Shown: positions 17,968-26,212 of the stretch, piece after piece
How positions within the stretch are numbered: position 1 is the stretch's first letter
How the letters are laid out: every line of letters starts with the position of its first letter
From: Actinomycetota bacterium
GTDB taxonomy: Bacteria; Actinomycetota; UBA4738
Assembly (NCBI GenBank): GCA_036721725.1
Contig: DAIMKN010000003.1
Location: forward strand, 1 to 41,538
Length of the DNA stretch: 41,538 nucleotides
Direction of reading: 5' to 3'
Notes under the pieces: generated by a model
Databases searched by the model: none
The model's input: only the letters and a program-made list of their open reading frames with translations
Told to the model about the DNA's origin: nothing
Program-made: the position numbers and the translations under genes

Positions 17968-19283
17968 TCCCTCGCTACACATTGCCTGAGATGGCCGCGG
18001 TGTGGTCCGAGGAGTCGAAGCTGGCCGCCTGGCTCCGCATCGAGATCCTGGCGTGCGAAGCGTGGTCCCGCCTGGGTCACATCCCGTCGGAGGACATGGC
18101 GCAGATCAAGGAGCGAGCGGTCGCTCCCACGCCGGAGCGGGTGGCCGAACTGGAGGCGGTGACCCACCACGACGTGGCGGCGTTCGTCCAGGCGGCGGCC
18201 GAACCCATCGGGGAGGCCGGACGGTGGATCCACTTCGGCCTGACGTCGTCGGACGTGCTGGATACCGCGCTGGCATTGCAGTTGCGCGAGGCCGGTGACC
18301 TGCTCTTGGCCAAGCTCGAACACCTGTTGGCCGTGGTGAAGCGGCGGGCGCTGGAGCATCGCGACACCTTGTGCATCGCTCGAACGCACGGCGTCCACGC
18401 CGAACCGACCACGTTCGGCCACAAGTTCGCGTTGTGGGCGTTCGAGCTGGACCGCGACCGGTCGCGGCTGCGGACGGCGCGGGAAGCGGTGAGCGTGGGG
18501 AAGCTGTCGGGCGTGGTCGGGACGTACTCGCAGATCGACCCGTCGGTGGAGGAATACGTCTGCGCCGCACTGGGATTGCGCCCGGCGGAGGCCGCGTCGC
18601 AGGTGGTGCAGCGCGACGTTCACGCCGAGTTCATGTGGGCCCTGGCCATCACAGCGGCGACGCTGGAGAAGATCGCGCTGGAGGTCCGCCACCTGGCTCG
18701 AACGGAGGTCCGGGAGGTAGAGGAGCCGTTCGGCCCGGGACAGAAGGGTTCGAGCGCCATGCCCCACAAGCGCAACCCCGTTCTGTCCGAACGCATCTGC
18801 GGCCTGGCCCGCGTCATCCGGGCGAACCTCCAGCCGGCGCTGGAGGACGTGGCGCTGTGGCACGAACGCGACATCTCCCATTCCAGCGTCGAACGCGTCA
18901 TCCTCCCCGACTCCACACTGGCCCTCGACTTCCTGCTGCACGACACGGCTCGGTTGCTGGACGGTCTGCGCGTCTTCCCCGACCGGATGTGGTCGAACAT
19001 GGAGAGCACCGGCGGGTTGTTCTTCTCCCAGAAGGTGCTGCTGGCGTTGATCGACGCCGGCCTGTCCCGGGACGACGCCTACGCCATCGTCCAGCGCGCC
19101 GCAGCCGAGACGTGGGAACGCGGCGCGCACTTCAAGGAAGCCGTGTGGTCCGAACTCTCCTCGAAGGCCTCGCCACCACTGTCGAAGGAGGCGTTCGACG
19201 CGCTGTTCAAAGTGAAGCCCTTCGTCGAACACCTCGACGGCGTGTTCGCCCGTGTCGAGAAGCTGGAGGTGGCCGAACCGTGA
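17964..19283 (+). CDS. purB: adenylosuccinate lyase
   Basis: GTGA overlap with purE. Fumarate-lyase signature GSSAMPHKRNP, plus THHDV and LTSSDVLDT. Confidence 0.95.
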   Translation: MIPRYTLPEMAAVWSEESKLAAWLRIEILACEAWSRLGHIPSEDMAQIKERAVAPTPERVAELEAVTHHDVAAFVQAAAEPIGEAGRWIHFGLTSSDVLDTALALQLREAGDLLLAKLEHLLAVVKRRALEHRDTLCIARTHGVHAEPTTFGHKFALWAFELDRDRSRLRTAREAVSVGKLSGVVGTYSQIDPSVEEYVCAALGLRPAEAASQVVQRDVHAEFMWALAITAATLEKIALEVRHLARTEVREVEEPFGPGQKGSSAMPHKRNPVLSERICGLARVIRANLQPALEDVALWHERDISHSSVERVILPDSTLALDFLLHDTARLLDGLRVFPDRMWSNMESTGGLFFSQKVLLALIDAGLSRDDAYAIVQRAAAETWERGAHFKEAVWSELSSKASPPLSKEAFDALFKVKPFVEHLDGVFARVEKLEVAEP

Positions 19284-20182
19284 CGACCCCGATGGCCGAG
19301 TTGCACGCGCAGGGGAAGGTCCGCGACATCTACGAGGCGGGGGACGACCTGCTGCTGGTCGCCACCGATCGCATCTCGGCGTTCGACGTGGTGCTGCCGA
19401 CGCCGATCCCGGACAAGGGCCGGGTGCTGACCGGGGTATCGCTGCACTGGTTCGAACTCACCAAGAATCTCGTGGCGAACCACCTCCTCACCGCCGACGT
19501 GTCCGAGTATCCGGCGGCGTTCGCCGATCGTTCGGAGGAGCTGGCGGGGCGTTCGATGCTCGTCAAGCGCGCCCAGGTCGTGCCGATGGAGTGCGTGGCC
19601 CGCGGCTACATCACGGGCAGCGGGTGGAAGGACTACCAGCGCTCCGGCCAGGTGTGCGGCATCCGGCTCCCCGAAGGGCTGCGGGAGTCCGAACGCCTCC
19701 CCGAGCCGATCTTCACCCCGACCACCAAGGCCACCGCCGGCCACGACCTGCCACTCACGCCGGAGGAGGCGGCCGAGCTCGTCGGCCGAGGGCTGGCCGA
19801 GCGGCTCAAGGAGCTGACGCTCTCGCTGTACGAGTTCGGGGCCGAACATGCCCGGCAGCGCGGAATCATCCTGGCGGACACCAAGTTCGAGTTCGGCTTC
19901 GCGGACGGCGAGCTCATCCTCATCGACGAGGTGCTGACGCCCGACTCGAGCCGGTTCTGGCCCGCCGATCGCTACGAGCCAGGGCACGGCCAGCCGTCGT
20001 TCGACAAGCAGTACGTCCGGGACTGGCTCGACGCGAGCGGTTGGGATCACGAACCGCCCCCACCGGAGCTCCCCACCGACGTGGTCGAACAGACCGTCAA
20101 ACGGTACCGCGAGGCGTACGAACGCATCACCGGCGAGACGTTCGACGCGTACCTCTCGCGGATGGCGGTCGCGGCGAAATGA
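19280..20182 (+). CDS. purC: SAICAR synthase
   Basis: GTGA overlap with purB. Motifs GKVRDIYE, ATDRISAFD, LADTKFEFG and DSSRFWP are present. Confidence 0.9.
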   Translation: MTTPMAELHAQGKVRDIYEAGDDLLLVATDRISAFDVVLPTPIPDKGRVLTGVSLHWFELTKNLVANHLLTADVSEYPAAFADRSEELAGRSMLVKRAQVVPMECVARGYITGSGWKDYQRSGQVCGIRLPEGLRESERLPEPIFTPTTKATAGHDLPLTPEEAAELVGRGLAERLKELTLSLYEFGAEHARQRGIILADTKFEFGFADGELILIDEVLTPDSSRFWPADRYEPGHGQPSFDKQYVRDWLDASGWDHEPPPPELPTDVVEQTVKRYREAYERITGETFDAYLSRMAVAAK

Positions 20183-20448
20183 GGTTCGACGTCCGGCTCG
20201 TGGTCTCGTTGAAGGACGGCCTGCTCGACCCGCAGGGCAAGGCGGTGGAGGGCGCGCTCCCCGCGCTGGGCTGGTCGAACGTCGACCACGTCAAGGTCGG
20301 CAAGTACATCGAACTCCACGTCGACGCGGACGACGAGGCGGCCGCTCGGGACCAGATCGAACAGATGGCCGTTCGCTTCCTGACCAATCCGGTCATCGAG
20401 GACTTCACCGTCCTGGACGTCGCTCCCACCGAGAGCGCCCCCGCCTGA
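20179..20448 (+). CDS. purS: FGAM synthase subunit PurS
   Basis: ATGA overlap with purC. The 89-aa product has LKDGLLDPQGKAVEGAL...LGW...V.VGKYIEL, typical of PurS. Confidence 0.85.
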   Translation: MRFDVRLVVSLKDGLLDPQGKAVEGALPALGWSNVDHVKVGKYIELHVDADDEAAARDQIEQMAVRFLTNPVIEDFTVLDVAPTESAPA

Positions 20449-20451
20449 GGC

Positions 20452-20603
20452 GTGTCGTACCCTCTCGGTATCGTCCGGTGAGTGGACGAGGGGGTCACGA
20501 CATGGCCACGCAGCCGAAGACGCTCTACACGTACGCGGACCTCGAACGCCTCCCGCAGGACAACCTCCGCCGCGAGATCATCGACGGCGAGCTCGTCGTG
20601 ACG
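20452..20603 (+). repeat. copy 1 of a duplicated leader plus 5' coding segment shared by the two Uma2 genes
   Basis: Aligns with 21797-21949 at roughly nine of ten positions by eye. It starts a few nt after the upstream stop codon and runs through the first ~34 codons (MATQPxTLYTYADLERxPxDNLRREIIDGELxVT). Confidence 0.8.
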
Positions 20604-21074
20604 GCCGCCCCGATCCCGCGCCACCAGCGAGCGGTCGTTGAACTGACCGTCGCCTTCCATTCCTACGGGGGTCAACACGGAGGCCAGGTGTACCCCGCGC
20701 CGACGGATGTTTTCTTCAGCGACTCGAACGTGGTCGAGCCGGACGTGCTGTTCGTCGCTGCAGATCGTCTCGCCCAGGTCGAGAAGAAGTTCGTCCGATC
20801 GGCACCGACCGTCGTCGTGGAGGTGTCCTCGCCCTCCACGCGAAGGCTGGACCTGGTACGGAAGCGGGACCTCTATGAGAGGTTCGCGGTGCCGGAATAC
20901 TGGTTCGTCGACCTCGACGGGGATCGGGTCGAGGTCTACCGCCTCGACCCTGCAGGGAGGTACGGATCCCCCGTCATCCTCGATCGCGGAAACCACGTGG
21001 ACAGTCCGCTTCTCCCAGGGTTCGTGCTGCCGGTGGATCGGGTACTCGGCCCGCCCGAGGAGGAGGACGCATGA
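20502..21074 (+). CDS. Uma2 family (DUF820) PD-(D/E)XK endonuclease-like protein, copy 1
   Basis: GAGGGGG precedes ATG 20502. The pattern ...ELIDGEL..., PDV.FV, E.SP.....D...K...Y...GV.EYW.VD is typical of Uma2. Its stop overlaps the purQ start (ATGA at 21071-21074). Confidence 0.85.
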   Translation: MATQPKTLYTYADLERLPQDNLRREIIDGELVVTAAPIPRHQRAVVELTVAFHSYGGQHGGQVYPAPTDVFFSDSNVVEPDVLFVAADRLAQVEKKFVRSAPTVVVEVSSPSTRRLDLVRKRDLYERFAVPEYWFVDLDGDRVEVYRLDPAGRYGSPVILDRGNHVDSPLLPGFVLPVDRVLGPPEEEDA

Positions 21075-21790
21075 CGGATCGCCGGCCGCGCGTCGCCGTG
21101 GTGACGTTCCCCGGCTCGAACGACGACCGGGACGCGCAGCGGGCGGTGGCCACCATGGGGGGGGAGCCGGTGGCCGTGTGGCACGCCGACCGAGACCTCC
21201 AGGGCGCCGACGCGGTCATCCTGCCCGGCGGGTTCTCCTACGGCGACTACCTCCGGACCGGCGCCATCGCCCGCTTCGCGCCGGCCCTGGCGGCCGTCAG
21301 GGAGTTCGCCGAAGACGGCGGGCCCGTCCTCGGCATCTGCAACGGTTTCCAGATCCTGTGCGAGGCGGGCATGCTGCCGGGCGCGCTCATCCGCAACCGG
21401 GGGCTGGCGTTCGTCTGCAGGTGGGTCAACGTGAAGGTCGAACGCGCCGCCGACGGCCTGCCCGCCGGGGAGATCCTGCAGATCCCCATCAAGCACGGCG
21501 AGGGGCAGTTCGTGGCCTCGCCGCCCGAGCTGGACCGGCTGGAGGCCGGGGGGCTCGTGGCCTTCCGGTACTGCTCGCCCGAGGGCTTCGTGGACGACGC
21601 GTTCAATCCGAACGGTAGCACCGGGGCCATCGCCGGCATCCGCAACGAACGGGGCAACGTGCTCGGCATGATGCCGCACCCCGAACATGCGGTGGACCCC
21701 GACCTCGGCCCGACCGGCGGCCAGTCGCTGTTCGCCTGGCTGCTGTCGGCCGCCCGCCGCGCGGACTCCATGCCCGCGTTCGTCCGGTAG
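21071..21790 (+). CDS. purQ: FGAM synthase glutamine amidotransferase subunit
   Basis: Motifs VVTFPGSNDDRD, LPGGFSYGDYLR, catalytic GICNGFQIL and MMPHPEH are present. Confidence 0.95.
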   Translation: MTDRRPRVAVVTFPGSNDDRDAQRAVATMGGEPVAVWHADRDLQGADAVILPGGFSYGDYLRTGAIARFAPALAAVREFAEDGGPVLGICNGFQILCEAGMLPGALIRNRGLAFVCRWVNVKVERAADGLPAGEILQIPIKHGEGQFVASPPELDRLEAGGLVAFRYCSPEGFVDDAFNPNGSTGAIAGIRNERGNVLGMMPHPEHAVDPDLGPTGGQSLFAWLLSAARRADSMPAFVR

Positions 21791-21796
21791 GGAGCG

Positions 21797-21949
21797 GTGT
21801 CGTAAACCTCTCGGTATCCTCCGGTGAGTGGACGAGGGGGTCACAAGATGGCGACGCAGCCGCAGACGCTCTACACCTACGCCGACCTCGAACGGTTCCC
21901 GGAGGACAACCTCCGCCGGGAGATCATCGACGGCGAGCTCATCGTGACG
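21797..21949 (+). repeat. copy 2 of the duplicated Uma2 leader plus 5' coding segment
   Basis: See 20452-20603. It begins 7 nt after the purQ stop codon. Confidence 0.8.
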
Positions 21950-22413
21950 CCTTCGCCGGTCACGCGCCACCAGGACGCGGTCATGACCCTCGGCGGCGAG
22001 CTGTACCAGTACGTCAAGGCCCACGGCGGCAAGGTCTACCCCGCCCCACTGGACGTCTTCTTCTCGGATCACGACGTGGTGAAGCGGACGTGCTGTTCGT
22101 TCGGCCCGAGCACCTCGAACGCGTGGAACGGAAGTTCGTCAGGGCCGCCCCCGATGTCGTGATCGAGGTGTGCGCACCCTCCACCCTCAGGCTGGATCTG
22201 GTCCGCAAGCGGGAGCTGTACGAACGGTTCGGCGTGCCCGGGTACTGGTTCGTCGACCTCGACGCCGACCGGCTGGAGGTGTACCGGCTGGACGAACAGG
22301 CCCGTTACGGCCCGCCCCGGCTGTGGGCTCGAGCGGAAACCTTCGAAAGCCTCGAGGTCCCCGGATTCCGGTTGGCGGTGGACGACATCCTGGGTCCGGC
22401 GGACGAGGACTGA
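21848..22413 (+). pseudogene. Uma2 family endonuclease-like gene, copy 2, with a 1-nt frameshift
   Basis: Track ORFs 21824..22162 and 22090..22413 together make one Uma2 protein. Compared with copy 1 (GTGGTCGAGCCGGACGTGCTG), copy 2 reads GTGGTGAAGCGGACGTGCTG and lacks one C near 22085/22086. This switches frame before the conserved PDVLFV motif. Confidence 0.75.
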
Positions 22414-22443
22414 GCCATCGTCGCCCGGTAGGCTGGGGCGCAA

Positions 22444-24693
22444 ATGGCCACGGGGGATGGCGTCATCACGGGCCGGGCGGGGGACACGGCAGAGCCTCGC
22501 CACCGGGCGCTCGCCCTCACCGACGAGGAGTACGAACGCATCGTGGCACGCTTGGGCCGTGAGCCGAACGCCGCCGAGCTCTCCATGTTCGCCGCGATGT
22601 GGTCCGAACATTGTTCGTACAAGTCCTCGAAGATCCACCTGAGGACGCTCCCCACCAAGGGCCCCCAGGTCCTGGTCGGACCGGGCGAGGACGCCGGTGT
22701 GGTCGACCTGGGCGACGGCATGGCCTGCGTGTTCAAGCTGGAGTCGCACTCGCACCCGTCGGCCGTCGAACCGTTCCAGGGCGCCGCCACCGGCGTCGGG
22801 GGCATCGTCCGCGACATCCTGTCGATGGGGGCGCGGCCGGTCGCGCTGCTCGACCCGCTGCGGTTCGGACCGCTCACCGCGCCCCGCAACCGCTACCTGT
22901 TCGCCGGCGTCGTGTCGGGCATCGGGCAGTACGGCAACTCGATCGGGGTTCCCACGGTGGGGGGCGAGGTAAAGTTCGCCGCCTGCCACAGCGCCAATCC
23001 CGTCGTGAACGTCATGTGCGTGGGGTTCGCCGCCGCGGGCGCGCTGCTCCGGGGCAAGCCCGGCCGCGACGGCAGCGTGCTGGTCCTGATCGGCGCCAGT
23101 ACCGGCCGCGACGGCATCGGCGGCGTCTCCGTCCTGGCCTCCCGGACGCTGGAAGAGGACTCTCATGCCTCGCGGCCCAGCGTCCAGGTCGGCGACCCGT
23201 TCTCCGAGAAGCTCCTCATCGAGGCCTGCCTCGAACTGTCCGAACGCGGCCTGCTCCAGGGACTGCAGGACCTGGGCGGCGCCGGACTGACGTGCGCGGT
23301 CTCCGAGTCCACCGCGCGGGCCGGCTTGGGCTGCGACCTGGACCTCGACGCCGTTCCGCAGCGGGAGCCGAACATGGAACCGTTCGAGATCCTGGTGTCG
23401 GAATCGCAGGAACGGATGCTGGCGGTGGTCCGGCCCCAGGATGTCGAAGCTGTCACCGGGCTGTGCGCGAAGTGGGGCCTGTCCGCCTCACCGGTCGGGA
23501 GGTTCCGGCCCGGCGGCGCGCTCACCGTTCGCCATCACGGCGAGGTCGTGGCGGAGGTTCCGGCCGTCGCCCTGACCGAAGAGGGGCCCGAGTACCGCCG
23601 GCCCGCCGCCAAGCCCTCCTGGCTCGACGCCGCGCACGCCGACGACCCCGCCGTCGCGCCGCTCCAGGGCTCACTGGAGGAGGCGTTCGTCGCGGTCCTG
23701 GGGTCGGCGAACATCGCCAGCAAGCGATGGGCGTTCGAACAGTACGACCACCTGGTGCAGGGTCAGACGGTGGCCGGGCCAGGATCGGACGCGGCAGTCG
23801 TTCGGCTGGAGGGAACGCTGAAGGCGGTGGCGGTGTCCTGCGACGGCAATGGCCGGTACGGTCATCTGGACCCCTACCGTGGTGCCCTGCACGCCGTGGC
23901 GGAGGCCGCCCGCAACGTGGCCGCGGTCGGCGCGCAACCGCTCGCCATCACGAACTGCCTCAACTTCGGCAACCCCGAACGGCCCGAGGTGATGTGGGCG
24001 TTCGCCGAGACCATCCGGGGGATGGGCGACGCCTGTCGCGCCTTTGCCACGCCGGTCACCGGCGGCAACGTCAGCTTCTACAACGAGTCGGGCGACTCGG
24101 CCGTGTGGCCGACCGCAGTGGTCGGGGTGGTGGGCCTGATCCGGGACTACCGGCTCCTGCTCCGCCCCAGTTTCCCTTCCGTCGGCCTGCCGATCTACCT
24201 GTTGGGTCGAACGCTGAACGAACTTGGGGGGAGCGAGTTCGCCGAAGCGGTGCTGGGGAAGGTGACCGGTCGTCCGCCCGTCCTGGACCTGGAGGCGGAG
24301 GCGTCGTTGCACCGGTTGCTGCTGGAGGCTGCCCGCGACGACCTGCTGGCCTCCGCCCACGACTGCAGCGACGGCGGCCTGGCGGTGGCGCTGACCGAAT
24401 GCGCCATCGCCGGAGGCCTCGGTTTCACCGTCACGCTGCCCGACGCACCCACGCCGCAGGCCGCGCTGTTCTCCGAGTCCGCGTCACGCTGCGTCGTCAC
24501 GAGCCGACTGGGAAGGGAGTCCGAACTCGCGGCGCTCGCCGCTCGGCACCGCGTTCCGCTGGCCCGGCTCGGGACCACCGGCGGGGGGCGGTTGCGCTTC
24601 GGACGGTTGTTCGAGACGAACCTCTCGGACGCCATCGTCATCCACGAGGGAGCCATCCCCCGCCTGATGTCGGGGACCGTCGAACACGGCTGA
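22444..24693 (+). CDS. purL: FGAM synthase large subunit (PurL, short form)
   Basis: 749 aa. Motifs FAAMWSEHCSYKSS, ESHSHPS and two PurM-like domains (GNSIGVPTV, GLQDLGGAGL) are present. Confidence 0.95.
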   Translation: MATGDGVITGRAGDTAEPRHRALALTDEEYERIVARLGREPNAAELSMFAAMWSEHCSYKSSKIHLRTLPTKGPQVLVGPGEDAGVVDLGDGMACVFKLESHSHPSAVEPFQGAATGVGGIVRDILSMGARPVALLDPLRFGPLTAPRNRYLFAGVVSGIGQYGNSIGVPTVGGEVKFAACHSANPVVNVMCVGFAAAGALLRGKPGRDGSVLVLIGASTGRDGIGGVSVLASRTLEEDSHASRPSVQVGDPFSEKLLIEACLELSERGLLQGLQDLGGAGLTCAVSESTARAGLGCDLDLDAVPQREPNMEPFEILVSESQERMLAVVRPQDVEAVTGLCAKWGLSASPVGRFRPGGALTVRHHGEVVAEVPAVALTEEGPEYRRPAAKPSWLDAAHADDPAVAPLQGSLEEAFVAVLGSANIASKRWAFEQYDHLVQGQTVAGPGSDAAVVRLEGTLKAVAVSCDGNGRYGHLDPYRGALHAVAEAARNVAAVGAQPLAITNCLNFGNPERPEVMWAFAETIRGMGDACRAFATPVTGGNVSFYNESGDSAVWPTAVVGVVGLIRDYRLLLRPSFPSVGLPIYLLGRTLNELGGSEFAEAVLGKVTGRPPVLDLEAEASLHRLLLEAARDDLLASAHDCSDGGLAVALTECAIAGGLGFTVTLPDAPTPQAALFSESASRCVVTSRLGRESELAALAARHRVPLARLGTTGGGRLRFGRLFETNLSDAIVIHEGAIPRLMSGTVEHG

Positions 24694-24799
24694 CGACCTT
24701 ACTGGTGGTACGGCCGCCTTGTGCGTAGTTCTGGCGCGAGCCTCGCGTCTTGTCACTCCGGTGCTTCGGCGGGGCGGGAGTTCCGGGTGGGGGCGGTGC

Positions 24800-24805
24800 T
24801 AGGCT
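24800..24805 (+). promoter_or_regulatory. -10-like TAGGCT 6 nt upstream of the purF GTG
   Basis: The TANNNT hexamer ends at 24805 and GTG is at 24812, with no SD in between. The same hexamer TAGGCT also occurs at 22428-22433 before purL and at 38900-38905. Confidence 0.4.
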
Positions 24806-24811
24806 GAACCG

Positions 24812-26212
24812 GTGGACGGGGAGAGCCCCAAAGAAGCCTGCGGCCTGTTCGGCGTCTGGGCCCCCGGTGAGGAGGTTGCCCGCCTCACGTTCTTCGGGTT
24901 GTTCTCGCTGCAGCATCGCGGTCAGGAATCTGCCGGCATGGCAGTATCCGACGGTTCGAACATCCTGGTCTATCGCGAACTGGGGCTGGTGTCCCAGGTG
25001 TTCAACGAGGGCACGCTGGCCACGCTGCAGGGCGATCTGTGCGTTGGGCACACCCGGTATTCGACCACTGGTTCGACCACCTGGGACAACGCCCAGCCCA
25101 CGTTCAAGACGCACGGCCGCCGTGGTCTCGCCCTGGGCCACAACGGCAACCTGATCAACACGTTGGAGCTGGCGGCGCTGGCCGGCGGGGAGCCCCGCGG
25201 ACGCGCCACCACCGACTCCGATCTGGTCGCCGGGCTCATGGCCCGCCATCTGGACGACGGGCTCGAGGCAGCCGCGCTGCGCGTGCTTCCCCAGTTGAAG
25301 GGCGCGTTCTCGTTCGCGTTCATGGACGAACGAACGCTGTTCGCGTGCCGCGATCCGCACGGCCTGCGGCCCCTGGCGCTGGGCCGGCTGCCGGGCGGGT
25401 GGTGCGTGGCATCCGAGACGTGCGCGCTGGACGTGGTCGGAGCCACCTACGTTCGAGAGATCGAGCCGGGAGAGATGGTGGCCATCGACGAACGCGGGGT
25501 GCGTTCGATCCGCTTCGCGGATTCGCCCCGCCACGCGCTCTGTCTGTTCGAGTTCGTCTACCTCGGCCGCGCCGACTCCCGGCTGTACGGGCGTTCGATC
25601 CACGCCGCTCGCGTGGAGATGGGCCGCCGTCTGGCGGCCGAAGCGCCGGTGGACGCGGACATGGTCCTGCCCGTCCCGGACACGGGAAGGTCTGCGGCCC
25701 AAGGGTATTCGGAAGGGACGGGCATCCCGTGGGGCGAGGGGCTGATGAAGAACCGCTACATCGGCCGAACGTTCATCGAACCCACCCCGGCGCTCCGGGC
25801 CCGCGGGGTGAAGCTCAAGCTGAACCCCGTCCCCGAGGTCATCGCGGGGAAGCGCGTGGTGGTGGTGGACGACTCGATCATCCGGGGAACGACCACCCGC
25901 CAGATCGTGCAACTGCTCCGAGAGTCTGGGGCGACCGAGGTGCACTTGAGGATCGTCTCCCCGCCTGTGCAGTGGCCGTGCTTCTACGGCATCGACATGT
26001 CCACCCGGGACGAACTCGTCGGGGCACAGCACGATGTCGACGGCATCCGGCGGCTGGTCGGCGCGGACTCCCTGGCGTACCTGTCGCTGGACGCCGTGGT
26101 GGCCTCGACCGGCGCGCCGAAGAACGCGTTCTGCCGGGCCTGTTTCGACGGCGAGTACCCCATCCCGGTGGGCGAGGCCGAGCCGTCGAAGTTCGCGCTG
26201 GAGCCGCGGTAA
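24812..26212 (+). CDS. purF: amidophosphoribosyltransferase
   Basis: A short propeptide precedes the catalytic Cys (PKEACGLFGV). SLQHRGQESAGM and the PRPP motif VVVVDDSIIRGTT are present. The stop is TAA at 26210-26212. Confidence 0.95.
   Translation: MDGESPKEACGLFGVWAPGEEVARLTFFGLFSLQHRGQESAGMAVSDGSNILVYRELGLVSQVFNEGTLATLQGDLCVGHTRYSTTGSTTWDNAQPTFKTHGRRGLALGHNGNLINTLELAALAGGEPRGRATTDSDLVAGLMARHLDDGLEAAALRVLPQLKGAFSFAFMDERTLFACRDPHGLRPLALGRLPGGWCVASETCALDVVGATYVREIEPGEMVAIDERGVRSIRFADSPRHALCLFEFVYLGRADSRLYGRSIHAARVEMGRRLAAEAPVDADMVLPVPDTGRSAAQGYSEGTGIPWGEGLMKNRYIGRTFIEPTPALRARGVKLKLNPVPEVIAGKRVVVVDDSIIRGTTTRQIVQLLRESGATEVHLRIVSPPVQWPCFYGIDMSTRDELVGAQHDVDGIRRLVGADSLAYLSLDAVVASTGAPKNAFCRACFDGEYPIPVGEAEPSKFALEPR

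Noticed and set aside
25965-26208. purM starting at an in-frame GTG about 240 nt upstream, inside purF.
   Set aside because: It would add about 80 residues of Arg/Gly/Pro-rich sequence with no homology to PurM N-termini, and would overlap purF extensively.
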